A stretch of DNA of 64,000 bases from Blasia pusilla. Its lineage: Eukaryota. The stretch is taken from NCBI GenBank assembly GCA_050084515.1, contig CM114271.1, forward strand, positions 1,736,001-1,800,000, read 5' to 3'. A model generated the notes under the pieces. That model was not told where the DNA came from. It made no database searches and saw nothing but the letters and a program-made list of their open reading frames with translations. Positions 62,384 through 64,000 of this stretch are shown piece after piece; position 1 is the stretch's first letter, and every line of letters begins with the position of its first letter. The position numbers were made by a program, and so were the translations under genes.

Positions 62384-63399
62384 GGTAGTAGGTCATGTCA
62401 GAGAGATGTGATATTTTCTATCTCGGAGTTAGGGGATCCAACCGCCCCACTAGGGGGCGGTTGTGTGATCTCCATGTATATGTATGAGTTTATTTTTGTA
62501 CATGTGTGGATCGACCCGTGTGTGGGGAAGATCGGTGTTGTGTGGTGTAGATGTGACCAGCGATGTATGTTGTGTAGCGATATGTATGCGCACGACATAC
62601 GGTGTCATCACATCTCGAGTAGCCGATAGGCCGAGATCTATCGTGGATAGGGCGTAGGAGCCAACGGACTATCTTGAGTGTAACTTTGTCCCACAATGTC
62701 GGATGAGGTTGAGGATAGGTCCATTGTGTCAGGACCGTTGTTTCTGATGACTTTCATGTTGAGGTCTTTTACAACCGGGTGACTTGTTGACCAGGTCACC
62801 GCCTGGTAACTGTCTTGCGCGCGAGTTACCAAGGGAAGGGCTATTTTTAGGAGAAGAGCCTTTTGGCTCTTCCCAACCTATATAAGAGAGGAAGATGGCT
62901 TTCCTAAGCCATCTTTCTCATGTTGGGCCGTTGGAGCACCTCCCTTGTATGTGTGTGAGCTAGGACTAGGGTGCTAGCGTCCGGATTCCTTGATAGCACA
63001 AGGTGGACGAGGCTCGATATGCCGATGTAGATTGAGGAGTGGAGTTTTAGGCCGGGTGTGCCGTTTTTACTACTCTTTATTTTTGTTGTGTGATCTCCAT
63101 GTATATGTATGAGTTCATTTTTGTACATGTGTGGATCGACCCGTGTGTGGGGAAGATCGATGTTGTGTGGTGTAGATGTGACGAGCGATGTATGTTGTGT
63201 AGCGATATGTATGCGCACGACAATATGAAAATTGAAAAATATTTAGTCCCATAAGTCAAAATCAGTTAATGCAAGGCTCGATAAAAAAATATTATAGAGG
63301 AATTATGAACTAAATTCATATATCCAATGTATACTAGTATCAATTTAAACTCCACCATACAAGTCCATAACACATCTTTGCAATACCGGTAGAGCCCTC

Positions 63400-63761
63400 C
63401 AAGGTTGCACAAAAATGGACTTGTTTGCATGTGGGACCCTAAAACCTTTTTTGGTACGTGGGTCACGTGTGCGGGCTTGGGACACAAGAAAAGGTGTGTT
63501 CTTAGATTGAGGATGCAAGGCAAGGACCAAATGGGTATGCGAGCTTAATGCGGGCCAGTATGGGCTCGGCGGGGGTTGGATGCGGGCTAGAAAACGGATG
63601 GCAAGAACCAACAGGGGTCACTAGGCTGGTCTAACCCAAGTCTACGATGAGGTCAGGGTAGGACTAGGTACACGCAGTGGGAACTCGGGCCTGCATGGAC
63701 ATGTCCGTCCTAAGGACGAACATAAGTCTGCAGACACATAATTTTTCCGTGCGCAACCTTG
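63400..63761. mobile_element. hAT-type MITE
   Basis: TIRs CAAGGTTGCAC / GCGCAACCTTG; degenerate 8-bp TSD GAGCCCTC / CAGCCTTC. Confidence 0.62.
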
Positions 63762-64000
63762 CAGCCTTCCTCTCAAATTCTCTCTTGGGTATCCTACACT
63801 TAAAAATATTGCAATAGGAGGGTAAAAACCCCTCTTGCATATAGTAGTATATATTCAAAATAAATATGAATGGATCTGTGAGAGAAGAAAATAGCCTTGT
63901 GGACTGTATGTACAACTTTCTTTAAATGAGGAGAGTTGTCCTCACCGACCCACAAATAGCTTTGATCATGAAAAATAGGAATAGTCACAATCCAAGCCAC

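Larger units (their letters stand above)
54062..63222 (+). mobile_element. Element 4: split-repeat DNMT/PHD Gypsy-order retrotransposon, near-identical to element 2
   Basis: TSD ATAT (54058-54061, 63223-63226). A1 54062-54540, B1 62460-62597, A2 62603-63084, B2 63085-63222. B is 138 bp. Confidence 0.93.

Noticed and set aside
1-64000. tRNA, rRNA or CRISPR arrays
   Set aside because: None recognisable; the repeats are explained by TE termini.

Overview
Plant nuclear DNA, probably a moss or other non-seed plant (inferred from spliceosomal introns, CCCTAAA repeats and TE types). One host gene sits at the left edge: the first two coding exons of a Nodulin-like/NFD4-type MFS membrane protein on the - strand. 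The rest is a nested transposon island. It contains a large decayed Helitron, a second Helitron helicase 3' end, four hAT-type MITEs, and an unusual group of Ty3/Gypsy-order retrotransposons. That group has four full-length copies (5836-15629, 27486-36795, 37333-47679, 54062-63222), one solo repeat (3372-4001) and one old antisense relic (about 47960-51480). The elements share four features. (1) They lack normal paired LTRs and instead have split direct repeats, A-internal-PPT-B-A-B, with TGTC...GACA ends and 4-bp TSDs, although they encode a DDE integrase. (2) A DNMT3-like C5 cytosine methyltransferase lies inside the polyprotein, between protease and RT. (3) The integrase ends in a PHD finger. 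(4) There is no tRNA PBS; instead a Tf1-like self-priming site is complementary to the predicted transcript 5' end and covaries across three diverged families. All copies here are pseudogenised.
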